Shown: positions 40,024 to 54,101 of the stretch, in pieces
Position numbering within the stretch: the stretch's first letter is position 1
Layout: every line of letters starts with the position of its first letter
NCBI RefSeq assembly: GCF_006345805.1
Contig: NC_043004.1
Span: 51,956,001-52,020,000, forward strand
Reading direction: 5' to 3'
Length of the DNA: 64,000 nt
Source of the DNA: Octopus sinensis
Taxonomy: Eukaryota
Notes under the pieces: model-generated
Told to the model about the DNA's origin: nothing
Seen by the model: only the letters and a program-made list of their open reading frames with translations
Database searches by the model: none
Made by a program: the position numbers and the translations under genes

Positions 40024-40375
40024 TATATATATGCATATATATATATGTATGTATCTATATATATATGCATGTACGCATGCATGTGTGAGTATGTATATGT
40101 ATGCACGTGTGTGTATATATGTATATATGTATATATATATGTATTTATAAACATATATATATACGTTTATGTATATGTATATATGTGTATACGTACATGT
40201 ATAAGCATGTATATATGTTTGTGAATATGTCAAAGACGAAAGTTATACAAACTCAGACAAAACTTCAAGTACAAATTAAAATTGAAATATAACAAACAAT
40301 TTAAAAGTTCATTACAAACGCTGGATAAAGGAGCTTTCTTGCAGCAGAATGCCACAGCATGGGCGTATGTATTGC

Positions 40376-40408
<33 letters not shown>

Positions 40409-40661
40409 TGTATGTATGTATGTATGTACATATGTATGTATGTATGCATGTATGTCTATACATATATATATATATATACATATGTATGTTTATATGCATA
40501 TATATATACGTATGTATGTATGTATGTATATATATATATATATATATTATAGATAGATTGATAGATAGATAAACATATAGATAGACAGATAGACAGGCAG
40601 ATAAATAGATAGATAGATAGATAGCTAGCTAGCTAGATAGATAGATAAATAGATAGATAGC

Positions 40662-40727
<66 letters not shown>

Positions 40728-41027
40728 TACATACATACATACATACATATATCGTGTATATTATAATACCATTGTTATTTATTGAAATATATGTGCGTAT
40801 GTATATTAAACGATCTTCGTGTATACATTATATTACGGTGGGTGTATATGATATGAATATAATACATATTCATTTAAAGTGTATGCGTGTATGAAGTGCA
40901 GAAAAGTTTTGTTGTTGACAGAAAGAGACGAAAATAAGGAGATCAATACACACCATGAGCATTACGCGAGAACCCTTCTTTCACTCACATGGTAAATAAC
41001 AAGCGCGTAAGAATATACGTATGCATG

Positions 41028-41066
<39 letters not shown>

Positions 41067-41959
41067 AAGTGTGTGTATGTCTTATATGTTTCTTCTATGT
41101 ATTTTATATACCTTAAACTATGTTAAAAAATAATTGTCACAAGAGTCCATCTGAATCTATGTGTTGGATGTAAACACGTGTATGAGATGGTTGCTGTGAG
41201 GCAACCGCATAACTACCAATGTTATTTTCTGTTGCGGCAAGGTTATCACACGAACACAATAGTTGAGTATTTCTTATTAAATGTTTTATATGTTTTTCTT
41301 CAGATCTTTCCTCACATTTATTATCATCATTATTATATATTTGTTCACATACATAAATATATATGTATATATATATATATATATACGTGTATATGTATAC
41401 ATACATATACATGTGTGTATCTTTGTAATATTTGAAAACATTTTTTTTTTTTTCGTTTCTGTTTCACGTTGATGCGTTAAACGTAAATAAATCCTGGCGG
41501 AAGTAACAAGTGAGAGAAGCTATGTAAATAGTCCTCGAACTATTTACAGCAGATTGCAAACATTCCACACGCAAGCCGGTTGGTTGGATGGCTGAAATCC
41601 GATAACTTTACACGTACACACTCACACGTACACGCACGCACGCACACGCACAGACACACGAACTGACACACACACCCAGATAAAAGCACATACACACACA
41701 CACACATAGTTTAGTATTGTGAAGTGATTTTCCCCTTCAGGTGTTGCCTGTATACCATGCAAGAATGTATTTGCTTGTATATGTATGTGTGTGTGTGTGT
41801 GTGTGTGTGTGAGCGAGAGAGAGAGAGAGAGAGAATGAGGGCGAGAGAGTGAGAGAGAGAGAGGGTGAGAGAGAGAAAGAAAGAGGGAGAGAGTGATATA
41901 TAGAGATAAATATATATGTCTGTTTACGTGTACAGTCTGCTCCAGTAGGCACTTTGGCG

Positions 41960-42005
<46 letters not shown>

Positions 42006-42241
42006 ATATATATATATATTATATATTTATATAAATATATATACATAGATAGATAGATAGATAGAGTTAAATATGTATATATATATATATAGATAAAGTT
42101 AAATATGCATTATATATAATATATATTAATATTATTATTATATATATATATATATATTTATACACACACTCATACATATACGCACACATTATCTATATCA
42201 TATATACATACAGGTGTTTATATATTTACAACACACACACA

Positions 42242-42281
<40 letters not shown>

Positions 42282-43933
42282 GTAAGTATATATAATATGT
42301 ATATATATGTATATCTGTGTATATATGTGTACACACATATATAAGTGTATAGGGGTTTTATTTACTCTTATAAGTGTAGCAACGATTATATCACATATAT
42401 GTGTATATGTGAATATGTCTGTATATACACCCCATACACACACACGCACTCTTACACACACATATATATGGGAGGCGGGAAGAATGAATATGTCTTGGGA
42501 GTGGAAGATGTGCTTATATTTCAAAAGGGATTGTCTAAAGATTACAGTATGTAAGAGTTCCTGTATAAATCTGGAGAATCTTACGGCATTATTCAAGGCG
42601 GTCTCTGGAACAATCACCACCACCAACAACAACAATAACAAAAACAACAACCTGAAATAGAACACTAATAGCATTTCCCAGTGACAAAGGAAAGCAGAAG
42701 AAGGAAAATAGTGGAAAATCGTTGGCTCTGTCGCTCCACCTGTAAATAGATACAATGAGGTGGTGGACTTTACTTTTCTGTTAGTTTGTATGATAGCCGC
42801 TACATTGGAAGTCGAAACTGGCAGCCTGTACTTATTATGTAAACAGGGAAAGATGGCGTCTCTTCGATCCGTTTCGGGAACAATGAACCAATTAGTCAGC
42901 ATAAACACTGAGGCTCACATACTCTTTCAGATATACGCCAGTTTCAAAGGCATGTATACATATGCATATATACATAAATGCACACACATATACACATACA
43001 TGCATGCATATATATATATACTTACATATATGTGGTCAGTATCATTCTTTCTCTTTGTCCTCTCTTTGTATCTATTAGCAATATATATTTAATATATATA
43101 TAGATATATATATATATAATTATGTATTTTATATATACATACATATATATACATATACAACATAAAGGGAGAATTCACAGAAATGAGAGAGACTCCTTAT
43201 GAATAGGTATAAAACGTTCAGCTTCAGTATAGTTCAAGAGATGATTGATTTCACATTTGATATGTAAATTCCTATAGCGGGGGGAGGGGTTAGTTATCGA
43301 CTAACTTTTTTCCTTGATTACACACATACACACATCAGCATCCACACAGTCACACCCACTCACTCGCACCCACACTCACGCCCACTCTCTCGCACCCACA
43401 CTCACGCCCGCATGTCCACTCACACGCACAACCCATACATAAGTGTGCCTGTGTTTGTTTGTAGGCATTAGCATCTTCTGTCGAAAGTACCTATACATAA
43501 AATTATATTTGTTTAACCGCATTATCTCTTGGATCATCGAATCACCACTTGAGGTACCTGAGTATTCCACAGATATGTGTATTATTAACTCAATTCTCAA
43601 GTAGAATAAATGCTATGCGATATGTGAATAAAAGTCTAGATTTTTGAACAAGCGTCAAAATCTATCAATAGTTCATGTCTCCATTGATGACATTTTAACG
43701 ATTTTAGGCCCCTTAAGTTATCGCAAAAATTGTCATGAAATTTTGTTTGATCAGTCGCTTGGCCTATGCTGGGATCGATCTCAATTCTTATTTTTCTTCT
43801 TTGGTATAAGTTATATAGTTGATGGAGGACTGGGTATGGCGGCGAACAAAAGTATGCCGAAACATCCCGTTAAGTCCCTTTGATGAACGATGTAAGCAGG
43901 TGTCAGTACTGGGCACAATTTAATCGTTTCTAT

Positions 43934-44101
43934 AAGTGGTTCTCAACTATATTTTTATCTCTGGACTCTTTGATTAATATTCATTTTCTGGTGGAACCCC
44001 CATAGCCATTCCGTGTTTAAAAACTAGCGTTATACAGTCGTACACAAAAGTTTGGGACATGCTTTAAAAACTAAAATTGTTATGCCCAAGTACAAATCGA
44101 A

Positions 44102-44134
<33 letters not shown>

Positions 44135-44228
44135 TATATAACGTAGAGAAATACTTACCTAATAACTGATCAGATGGTTCGGTTGGATGGAAGATATTGG
44201 ACCATTGGAAGGTAGATATAACAATACG

Positions 44229-44262
<34 letters not shown>

Positions 44263-44521
44263 ATATATATATATATATCGAATTGTCTTGGGCATACCAA
44301 TATTGATCTTTTTTCAATTTCACAAATTTTTGATAACGCCTATTTTATTATTCATACATTAATGTTTGTAGTTGAACTCTATAAAACATTTGAGAAAGAA
44401 ATTTAGTTGTTTTTTGCAATAAATACATGGATTCTTGATATACTACTCCGGGTCCTCAATTTACTATTTTGCTCGCGTGGACTACTCAGAATTTGATATG
44501 GACCTAGGCTGAGAACCACCG
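43934..44521. mobile_element. hAT-type MITE with imperfect TIRs and nested inserts
   Basis: agtggttctcaac ... gctgagaaccaccg; flanks share tctata; contains a Tc1-like end (tacagtcgtacacaaaagtttggg at ~44035) and a foldback. Confidence 0.6.
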
Positions 44522-44957
44522 GTCTATATCTTGAAGGTGATGCTCCCTCAAAACTATAATCCATCAACTAAAACTAAAAACGGATTGAGAAAGAATACTG
44601 TAAACAAAGATGAGGACCTACATTCGTTATCTTTTCATAGATCTGCACTGTTGATCAGACCGATGCAGCGGCTGTCTGGATGGAACACTTGAATGCAAAT
44701 TTCTGGAAGACACAGACATGGTCAGGACGGGAGTTCAGGATTTTATACTAGTGTCTGCAACAAGGTGAAATCTGCGAGTGCTACCTGATGACCTTGATCG
44801 GTGGTCTTAAAATGGGTGGAGTTTTAGATCACTCATGCTAACCAGCAAGGCTAGTGATAACTCAGATGTATTTTCATAAGATAAAGCACTTCCTAATCAC
44901 AACATAACGACCAATTAAATATAATATTCTGAATACCAAGTTTCTTACTTAAACTCC

Positions 44958-45187
44958 TTAACCATTGAGTTTTCATATTACTCTGTAAAAAGTAATGCTT
45001 GTTTATTTATAATGTTTTAAATTAATCATGCATTACCTTGTTGCTCGAGATTTCCATGACGTGGTTGTATAATTCTAGAACGCCGTTCTGGTGTAGGTGT
45101 GAAAGATCAGATCTGGCTAGTCTGAACGTAAATCAAGTAGAATATTTCGGCCGTACACGGTCAAAGGTCAAAAGGCTAAAAGGTCAA
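44958..45187. mobile_element. piggyBac-type MITE, decayed
   Basis: ttaacc...gctaaaaggtcaa, a degenerate TTAA-CCC...GGG-TTAA architecture of ~230 bp. Confidence 0.5.
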
Positions 45188-45338
45188 AACACAATGGATT
45201 AGGAGCCTTTAGCATTTTATGATCCCTTAGTATATTATTCAAGATGGTATTTGGAATTTGAAGGAGGATAGTAGGTATTTTTAGCATATCGAATGACCAG
45301 AATAATGTTCAAGAGAATTGCAGACTTGTTTAAATTAT

Positions 45339-45402
<64 letters not shown>

Positions 45403-45645
45403 GAGAGGGTTGGAATAAGCGCTCTAGCAGTATTGCAGTCTGATGTAAATGTGTCTGGATTGTGTAGAAAATATACTATTGTTAGAATGGTGTGGTAGTT
45501 CTGTTCTGGACTGTTGGAGATTCGTCTGGTTTGAATGGGAGAGATAGGTTTGGGAAGATGTTGGATAAATGTTCTTGGCTATGGTAAGTGTGTCTGGACT
45601 GCGTAGGAGAGATAATGTATACATGTATGCATGTATGTATGTGTG

Positions 45646-45679
<34 letters not shown>

Positions 45680-45699
45680 TGTATGTATGTATGTATGTA

Positions 45700-45803
45700 T
45701 GTCATTATTCCGTCTTATTTCATGATTTCTTGCCAATAGAGAAAGAGCCGGTTTCTAACCTAAATCCAAGGTTCCTTCATTGGAATTTCAACATCAACAA
45801 CAG
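45700..45803 (-). repeat. Second copy of the ~105-bp (CATA)-associated repeat
   Basis: Inverted relative to 20908-21015; abuts (TATG)n. Confidence 0.75.
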
Positions 45804-46171
45804 GATATTTTTTTTGTATGTATATGTGCAGACTTTTATGTTTTGCTTTATTTATGCATTTTCATGAATATATTTGCATATCCAGACATGCTTATATATA
45901 TTTAATTGACAAACTTCTGGAAAGCTTCACAGATCTTTACGGTTCTAGTGAAGTATTGGATCTGTCGTCTTCAAATTAGCTTTCTCCTTACTGGTTTTGA
46001 AAACCCTAATTTCTCAAGATTGTTATTTATTCAGTGTGTTACATACCCCAAGGCCCTAATAATTACAGGTATAAATCTGAATTTGTAATCTGGATAGTGT
46101 AACTTCAGATTTCTCAATAGTTCAGCGTAGATATTCTCTTTTTCACTGATCATTAGCTTTATATCAACATC

Positions 46172-46572
46172 CGCAGGAGTGGCTGTGTGGTAAGTAGCTT
46201 GCTAACCAACCACATGGTTCCGGGTTCAGTCCCACTGCGTGGCATCTTGGGCCAGTGTATTCTGCTATAGCCCCGGGCCGACCAATGCCTTGTGAGTGGA
46301 TTTGGTAGACGGAAACTGAAAGAAGCCTGTCGTATATATGTATATATATATATGTGTGTGTGTGTTTGTGTGTCTGTGTTTGTTCCCCTAGCATTGCTGA
46401 CAACACCGATGCTGGTGTGTTACGTCCCCGTCACTTAGCAGTTCGGCAAAAGACACCGATAGAATAAGTAAGTACTGGGCTTACAAAGAATAAGTCCCGG
46501 GGTCGATTTGATCGACTAAAGGCGGTGGCTCCAGCATGGCCGCAGTCAAATGACTGAAACAAGTAAAAGAGT
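46172..46572 (+). mobile_element. SINE family B
   Basis: Colinear with 12709-13112. Confidence 0.92.
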
Positions 46573-47134
46573 ACATATATATATATATATATATATACAC
46601 GTGTATTTATGTATATACGTGTACACATTTATATATATATACCTGCATACGTTCATTTACCGATCCCAGGGTAGTTATCTATGTACCTAAGTGCTTACTC
46701 AATGAAGCTAAGGTATTATAAACATCGTTAAATTTGGCTCTGAGCGTGCGTCTAAGGCATAGCAACTTGCGGCTGTTTAATATAAGTTGCAGTGGTAGTG
46801 AGGGCGCCGACGTTTGCTCTGCTGATGGTATCAGTAGCAGTACTAATGATGAATGGTGATTAACGTCGAATGTGTTGGTGGCGGCTGTGGCGGCAGAGGT
46901 TTCGGGGGTGGAGGTAGTAGTGATGGTGGTAGCTGTGGTGATGGTGATAGTTAATTGTGCTGAATGATGGTGTTCTTGTCTTTGGTGGTGGTATTGGTAG
47001 CAGTAGTAGTAGTAGTGGTGGTGGTAGTGGCGGTGGTAGTAGTAGTGCTGGTGGTAATAGTGGTGGTCGTAGTAATATTCGAAGTAGTAGTGGTGGTGGT
47101 GGTGGTACTGATGGTAGTAATAACAGTAGTGTTA

Positions 47135-47492
47135 CGACGACGAGTGTTCCAGTTGATCCAATCAACGGAACAGCTGGCTTGTGAAATCAACGTGCAAGTG
47201 GCTGAGCACTCCACAGACACGTGTACCCTTGACGTAGTTCTCGGGGAGATACAGCGTGATACAGAGTGTGACACGGCTGGCCTTTTGAAATACAGGTACA
47301 ACAGAAACAGGAAGGGTGAAAGAAAGTTGTGGTGAAAGAATACAGCAGGGTTCACCACCACTCCCTACCGGAGCGTCGTGGAGCTTTAGGTGTTTTCGAT
47401 CAATAAACACTCACATGCCCGGTCTGGGAATCGAAACCGCGATCTTAAGACCACGAGTCCGCTGCCCTAACCACTGGGCCATTACGTCTCCA
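47135..47492 (-). mobile_element. SINE family A
   Basis: Colinear reverse complement of the family A copies. Confidence 0.88.
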
Positions 47493-48031
47493 CAAACGTA
47501 AAGACAAACGAAATACAGTTAAGCATTTCATCCGGGGTGATAACGTTTCTGTCAGCTCGCCGCCTTGGTGGTGGTGATAGTAATGGTTATTCTGGTAGTA
47601 GTAGTGATGGTATAGCGATAGTGGTAGTAGTAGTGGTGGAGTTAGTGGTAGTAGTAGTGGTGTTGTTGTTGTTGGTGGTAGTAATGGTGGTTGTAGTGGT
47701 AGTGGTGGTGCCGAAAAGTGATGATGTTGGCTGTGGTGATACCAGTGGTAGTCGTAGTCGCGGTAGTAGTGGTAGGTGGCTGTGGTAGTGGTGCTGCTGC
47801 TGCTGCTGCGGAATAATGGTGAATGGTTGATGGTTTTGGCTGTGGTGGTGCTAGTGGTACTGGTGAGCGGTGGTGGTGGTGGTGGTGGTGATGGTTGTGG
47901 TGGCGGTTGTGGTGGTGGTGGTGATAATGGTAGCTTGTTTGTGGCTTCGTACAAGCAGTAGAAATGATCTCAATCATGTTGTGTTTGCGATGACGATGAT
48001 GATGTTGGTTGTTATATATCATATATATTTA

Positions 48032-48258
48032 GGCGAGCTGGCAGAAACGTTAGCGCGCCGGGCGAAATGCTTAGCGGTATCTCGTCTGCCGCTACATTCT
48101 GAGTTCAAATTCCGCAGAGGTCGACTTTGCCTTTCATCCTTTCGGGGTCGATAAATAAAGTACCAGCTTCGCACTGGGGTCGATGTAATCGACTTAATCA
48201 ATTTGTCTATCCTTGTTTGTCCCCTTCTATGTTTGGCCCCTTGTGGGCAGTAAAGAAA
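48032..48258 (+). mobile_element. SINE family C with ~20-bp TSD
   Basis: tatatatcatatatatttag at 48013-48032 and 48259-48278. Confidence 0.92.
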
Positions 48259-49021
48259 TATATATCATATATATTTAGTTGCAATTCTTTATGTTCTAAG
48301 TTCAAAACCCAACGAGCTTAACTTCTTCTTTCACCCTTTCGGGGTCGATAAAATAAAGTACCAGTGAAAGACCGGGTATCGATGGTGTAAACAAAGTTCC
48401 TCTCCTCAAAAGTCTTGACATTTTGCTGATCCTTTAATTAAAAAATGGTGGAAAATTGTTTGCTTTTCCTTTTATGCAAACTATCAAATTTAGCCTGTGC
48501 ACACTGTAAGACCGCTGATGCTGCTTTCGATTTTTGCTATTGTTAACCCAAAGCCAGCTCTATATTCAAGAATGTTCCTACCATCTTTATCTAAGGCATA
48601 GGAAATGTAAAACTGGCTTGCACAATGTATCAATTCTTTTTTAATTAAATGTGTAGGAAAGGTATTTCAAGGATTTACAGTACGGGAATGAGCCATAGTA
48701 TAACGTTTCATTTGTGGTGCTGCAGCGATGGTGTGTAAATGGTAAAATGAGGGTGTAATTGTATACCTGCTTTTAGTGCTATGAATGGGAAGTGATGTGA
48801 TAAGACGTCATAAGAATTTATATACCTCGAGTCAACAGGAAATAATTCTATTCTGGAACGGTGCAACTTGAAGCAAATAAAGCTATGAATAATTGCATGC
48901 AAATATTAGATTTAAAACCCCACCTGCACAGAAGTCGAATGTTGGCCGATTCGAACCCACGGGTGTATCTGTGTGAGTGTGTATATATATATATAATTAT
49001 ATATATGTGTGTGTATATATA

Positions 49022-49095
<74 letters not shown>

Positions 49096-49145
49096 ATATA
49101 TAACGTATACACACACACACTATGCATACATACATGCCTATTTAT

Positions 49146-49352
49146 AAGGCGAGTAGACAGAATCGTTAGCACGCAAAGCAAAAGGCTTAGCGGCCTTTTG
49201 TCCCTCTTTATGATGTGAATTCAAATTCTGCTGTGGTCGATTTTGCCTTCTACACGTTCAAGATCGATAAAATATATGTACAGGTTGAATACTGAATCCA
49301 TTTAATCGATTGACACTGAATTCTGAATTTGCTGACTTTGTGCCAAAATTTA
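49146..49352 (+). mobile_element. SINE family C variant
   Basis: aaggcgagtagacagaatcgttagcacg...ttgtgccaaaattt. Confidence 0.7.
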
Positions 49353-49383
49353 AAACCATGTGTTTATATATATATATATATAA

Positions 49384-49441
<58 letters not shown>

Positions 49442-49528
49442 TATATAGATAGATAGATAGATAGATAGAGAGAGATAGATAGATAGAGAGAGAGAGAGAG
49501 ATAGAGAGAGAAAGAGAGAGAGAGAGAA

Positions 49529-49567
<39 letters not shown>

Positions 49568-50821
49568 TGAGAGAGAGAGAAACAGGGAGAGAGTGAGAGG
49601 CAGACAGACAGACAGAATTATTATACTGAATTATACACTGATGCATACCGACAAGTGCCCTCGGGCTGGTGGGTGTTATATTTACAAAATTTCAGCCGTT
49701 GAGGTCTTAGGTCCTAAGATTTCTTTGGACATATGTATATTTTTCGTAACGTTGTAATTTCGGACAGAACTTTTCATTAAATCCATAAAGGTTCATCTCT
49801 TTCAGAAAGAAAAAGAAAAAGAAAAAAAGAAACTGTAAATACGTGGCTGATCTTTTGTAGAAGGAAAAATCACTAATACTTAGTTAAATTAATTAGAAGG
49901 AAAGTACACATAATGATAAAACAATTCAAAGATTCAGTGGACAATCCGTTGCCCGTCCTCAGATTTCGACGAGAAGAAGTACAATGTCTGGCAACTTCAA
50001 CGAAGGACAGGTCTCTTAAAGCATGGTGAGATCTTAAAGTATTGTGTTGGCAGCCTTATAGCAGTTCCAGAAAGCCGGGGATGAGGGTGAGAGGACTGAA
50101 CAGGTCGTCCAGCGCAGCCTTCTCTGACTAAACATAGAGAGATGAACAATATATAGATGGACTTAATATATTAAGCTTACGGCAATAAATAATTTCAAAT
50201 GTTGAGTTCATGGCTCTTAATTATTATTCCCTAATTGCGATGCAGGAAATTAGCATATAGCATTGAGGCGTAAAGTGTTCAGTGATGTAGACTTTATAGA
50301 GTAGAGCATGAGTTTGATATGTGGGCCAATCATTCTATACGCTGGTTCAGGTTTATCTAAAGCTTATCTAACGTTACTTAAGAGTACTGAGAACATAAAA
50401 CTGAGTATAAAACTGTTGCATGAATGACCGTCGGTGACTGAACGGATGACTCTACCAGAGTATTTGACGAAGTGAATGACTTTGAAGGAGGGCAGAAGAA
50501 TTTGGGAGATTCGATGGCATTTTAAAATGCATGTAAAGACTGGACTATGAGCGGGTTGCGCAGAGATAATTCAATAATCAATGGTCAAGTTTGAAAAGGA
50601 AGAAATGCAATGTCCTGCAACTTAAAAGCAGATGTATTTAAGAGTACGGTGGGCCTCAGGGATTCCTCTAGGTTATCTTAACACATCATTGATATAATAC
50701 GAATCTAGTGTTGGTAGCCTTACCTATGTGATGGTTCAGGAAGGATTGGTCGTCCTCCTCCAACTAAACAGACAGCAGATGTTTCGAGTGATATGTTGTG
50801 CGTTAGCGACAGTGAGATACC

Positions 50822-51055
50822 TATTTCTTTACTACCCACAAGAGGCTAAACACAGAGGGGACAAACAAGGACAGACAAACGGATTAAGTCGATTATATCG
50901 ACCCCAGTGCGTAACTGGTACTTATTTAATCGACCCCCGAAAGGATGAAAGGCAAAGTTGACCTCGGCGGAATTTGAACTCAGAACGTAGCGGCAGACGA
51001 AATACCACTAAGCATTTCGCCCGGCGTGCTAACGTTTCTGCCAGCACGCCGCCTT
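50822..51055 (-). mobile_element. SINE family C with 13-bp TSD
   Basis: acagtgagatacc at 50809-50821 and 51056-51068. Confidence 0.92.
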
Positions 51056-51748
51056 ACAGTGAGATACCGCCACTTCTTTAGATTCGTCTCAAGGAACGTG
51101 TAGTGCAGGCTAGGAGTATGCAACTGCATCGTCTGTCGTTGTGGTGTCTATGAAGTGGAGTCTTGACGCGTTTCTTTTGAGGAAGAACGAGTGAAGGAAA
51201 TTGGGAGAGTTGTTAGAGAGTCGGACAGAACGTTATGCAATATGTATCTCATTCCTTGCCCCATGAGTTCGAATCAGTCGGTGATAGGGAGGGACTGTAG
51301 GAACATCGGATGTAACGCCTTGCAGGTGTTCGTGTGATTATGTCCTCGTAAACAAGAGGTTCACCAAGAGAGAACGATAGGGTAAGTACCAGGATTAAAA
51401 CAAAAGTACTGGGGACGATTCTTTCGATTAAAATTCAAGGTGGTGCCCCAGCGTAGGAGCAGTCTAATGACAGGAAGAAATAAAAGAAAAAGGATAGATT
51501 TCTTCGATATGGGCAATGGAATCAAGACAAATAAAAGGCACAGTGTGAAATACTTGAAACTTTACGGAATATAGTAGGCATTATAAAATGGCTGGAAGGA
51601 ACAAACGTCAAAACGTTTTCATTGTAACATCAAAGACAGATATATCAGCAAATAAACAATCATGTTTATTTTCCACCTCAAAAATTGAGACACACATAAT
51701 GAGATCCCGACGGGGCTATATAAAAACACACACACACACACATGTTTT

Positions 51749-51787
<39 letters not shown>

Positions 51788-51822
51788 ATATACATACATA
51801 CAAACACACACACACATATATA

Positions 51823-51858
<36 letters not shown>

Positions 51859-52016
51859 TGTATGTGTGTGCGTATAAACGTTTATGTGTTTGTGCGAGGG
51901 TGTGTGCTTACAAGCACACAGTTCACTAAGTTAGGGTTAATGAGGTGTAATATTTGTGTTGAATAATTTGTGGAACAGTTGTGTATATTTGTATGTACAT
52001 ACATGCATCTTTATAT

Positions 52017-52077
<61 letters not shown>

Positions 52078-52162
52078 ATATATATATATGTATACATATA
52101 TATATATATATGGATATATATATATGTATGTATATATATATATATATATATTATATACATAC

Positions 52163-52200
<38 letters not shown>

Positions 52201-52665
52201 TGTACATGTGTATGTAGATATATTTTTGTGTGTTTGCATGTTTGCATATATGTATGCGTGTGTATGTGTAAGTATGCGTGTTGTGTATGCGTTGAGGGTA
52301 TGCGTGTATACAGTTGAGTGTTTACATAAATCTGTGTGTACGAACGCCTACCTATCAATCTCTTTTACTCACTTCACTCCTTGTATTAAATATACTTTCT
52401 CATCCCTTAAAAAAAATAAATATATAAATAATAATCAAATGAATAAGTAGAAGGAAAAAAGAGAAAGCCCCACACCAAGAACAGTTGAGGGGACGGGCAA
52501 TGTGCCAAAAATACCTTCGACTATATAAGTGTATGCTCACCCCACGGCAGTAGAAACTGCCAGACCGAAGATGTTGTCACATTGGCACAGGATCAAAATC
52601 TTACCCTGCTATCTCTCACTAAGAACGGTAGGATGGTAAGCTTAGTGAATATGTACGTATGTGTG

Positions 52666-52697
<32 letters not shown>

Positions 52698-52895
52698 TGT
52701 ATGTATGTGTGTATGTATGTGTGTATGTATGTATGTATGTGTGTATGTGTGTGTGTATGTATGTATGTATGTATGTGTGTATGTATGTAGGATTGTGTGT
52801 AGGTGTGTGTGTTATTGTGTATTATACACACACATATATATAGATATATATATACATATCTATCTATATATATATATGTACACACATATATACCA

Positions 52896-52928
<33 letters not shown>

Positions 52929-53124
52929 TGCACGTATGTTTATATATGTGTGTATCTCTATGTATATATATATATGTATATATTCATATATATGTGTGTG
53001 TGTGTGTATGTGTGTGTGTGCATACTTGCACCGAAGCATACGCATATGCACATATGCACACAACTTCACACGTATATGTATACGTATAGAAGCTAACGGC
53101 CCTACATATGTATACGTATTTACA

Positions 53125-53174
<50 letters not shown>

Positions 53175-53877
53175 CACACATCTGTATGTATGCGTATATA
53201 TGTGCATGTGTGTATGTGACGGGGTGAGTGAGTGTGTGTACGTGTATAAGCGCACAGACATGCATATTCACGCAGACACACAGACATAGACATCTATATA
53301 TACATATATATATGTGTATATATATATGCATACATATATACGTGTGTGTGTGTAATTATATAGATATACACACTCACACACACACGTATATATATATATG
53401 CTGATATATGTATAGCTATATACAGACAAACGACAATATATACGTATATACATACGACATACATGTACACACACGCCATATATATATATATAAACATACA
53501 TGCGCACACACATCAACATGAGAGTGAGGAATTGGAGCGAGTGCCATAGACGCACCTCTATGACATGCAACTGTCCATTTAACTGAACATATGTTATTGC
53601 TGCCACCAAAAAAAAAAAAAAACAAAAGGAAATAAAACCCAAAGAAAATCAAGAACAAATTGGAACAGATGTGCGGTCGGCTCGAATATTATATTACCGT
53701 AACTTTACTCTGACTTCGAAATTATATAGTAATATTATACTTCATACCTACGTGTTTGCTGAGACAAAGCAGAGGCGCACAGGCACACACAGGCACACAC
53801 ACACACACATACACACACACGCACACATATATATGCATATATCTATTTATCTTTATATATTGGTCTCTCTCTCTCTA

Positions 53878-53914
<37 letters not shown>

Positions 53915-54070
53915 GTATACATATACGTATATACATATATAGATATACAGATACACACACACACATATATATATATATACATATATAAATATATACATAT
54001 ATAGATACATATATTTATATACACACATATATATATATATACATACATATATACATACATATATACATAC

Positions 54071-54101
<31 letters not shown>

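Noticed and set aside
42198-42908. 236-aa minus-strand ORF
   Set aside because: Crosses (CAA)n and (CA)n tracts, no recognisable motif, and splice signals are inconsistent.
45424-45620. Possible LINE RT fragment (LPFKPDESPTVQ/NYHTIL) on the minus strand
   Set aside because: Similarity too short and frameshifted to assign by eye.
46790-48010. Gly/Ser/Val-rich and Pro/Thr/His-rich ORFs
   Set aside because: Degenerate (GGT)/(GTA) microsatellite mosaic interrupted by a SINE.
49930-52635. Plus-strand exon candidates at ~49930-50023 and ~52490-52635 (also ~44641-44720)
   Set aside because: Good donor or good acceptor but not both, phases do not chain, and peptides are unrecognised.
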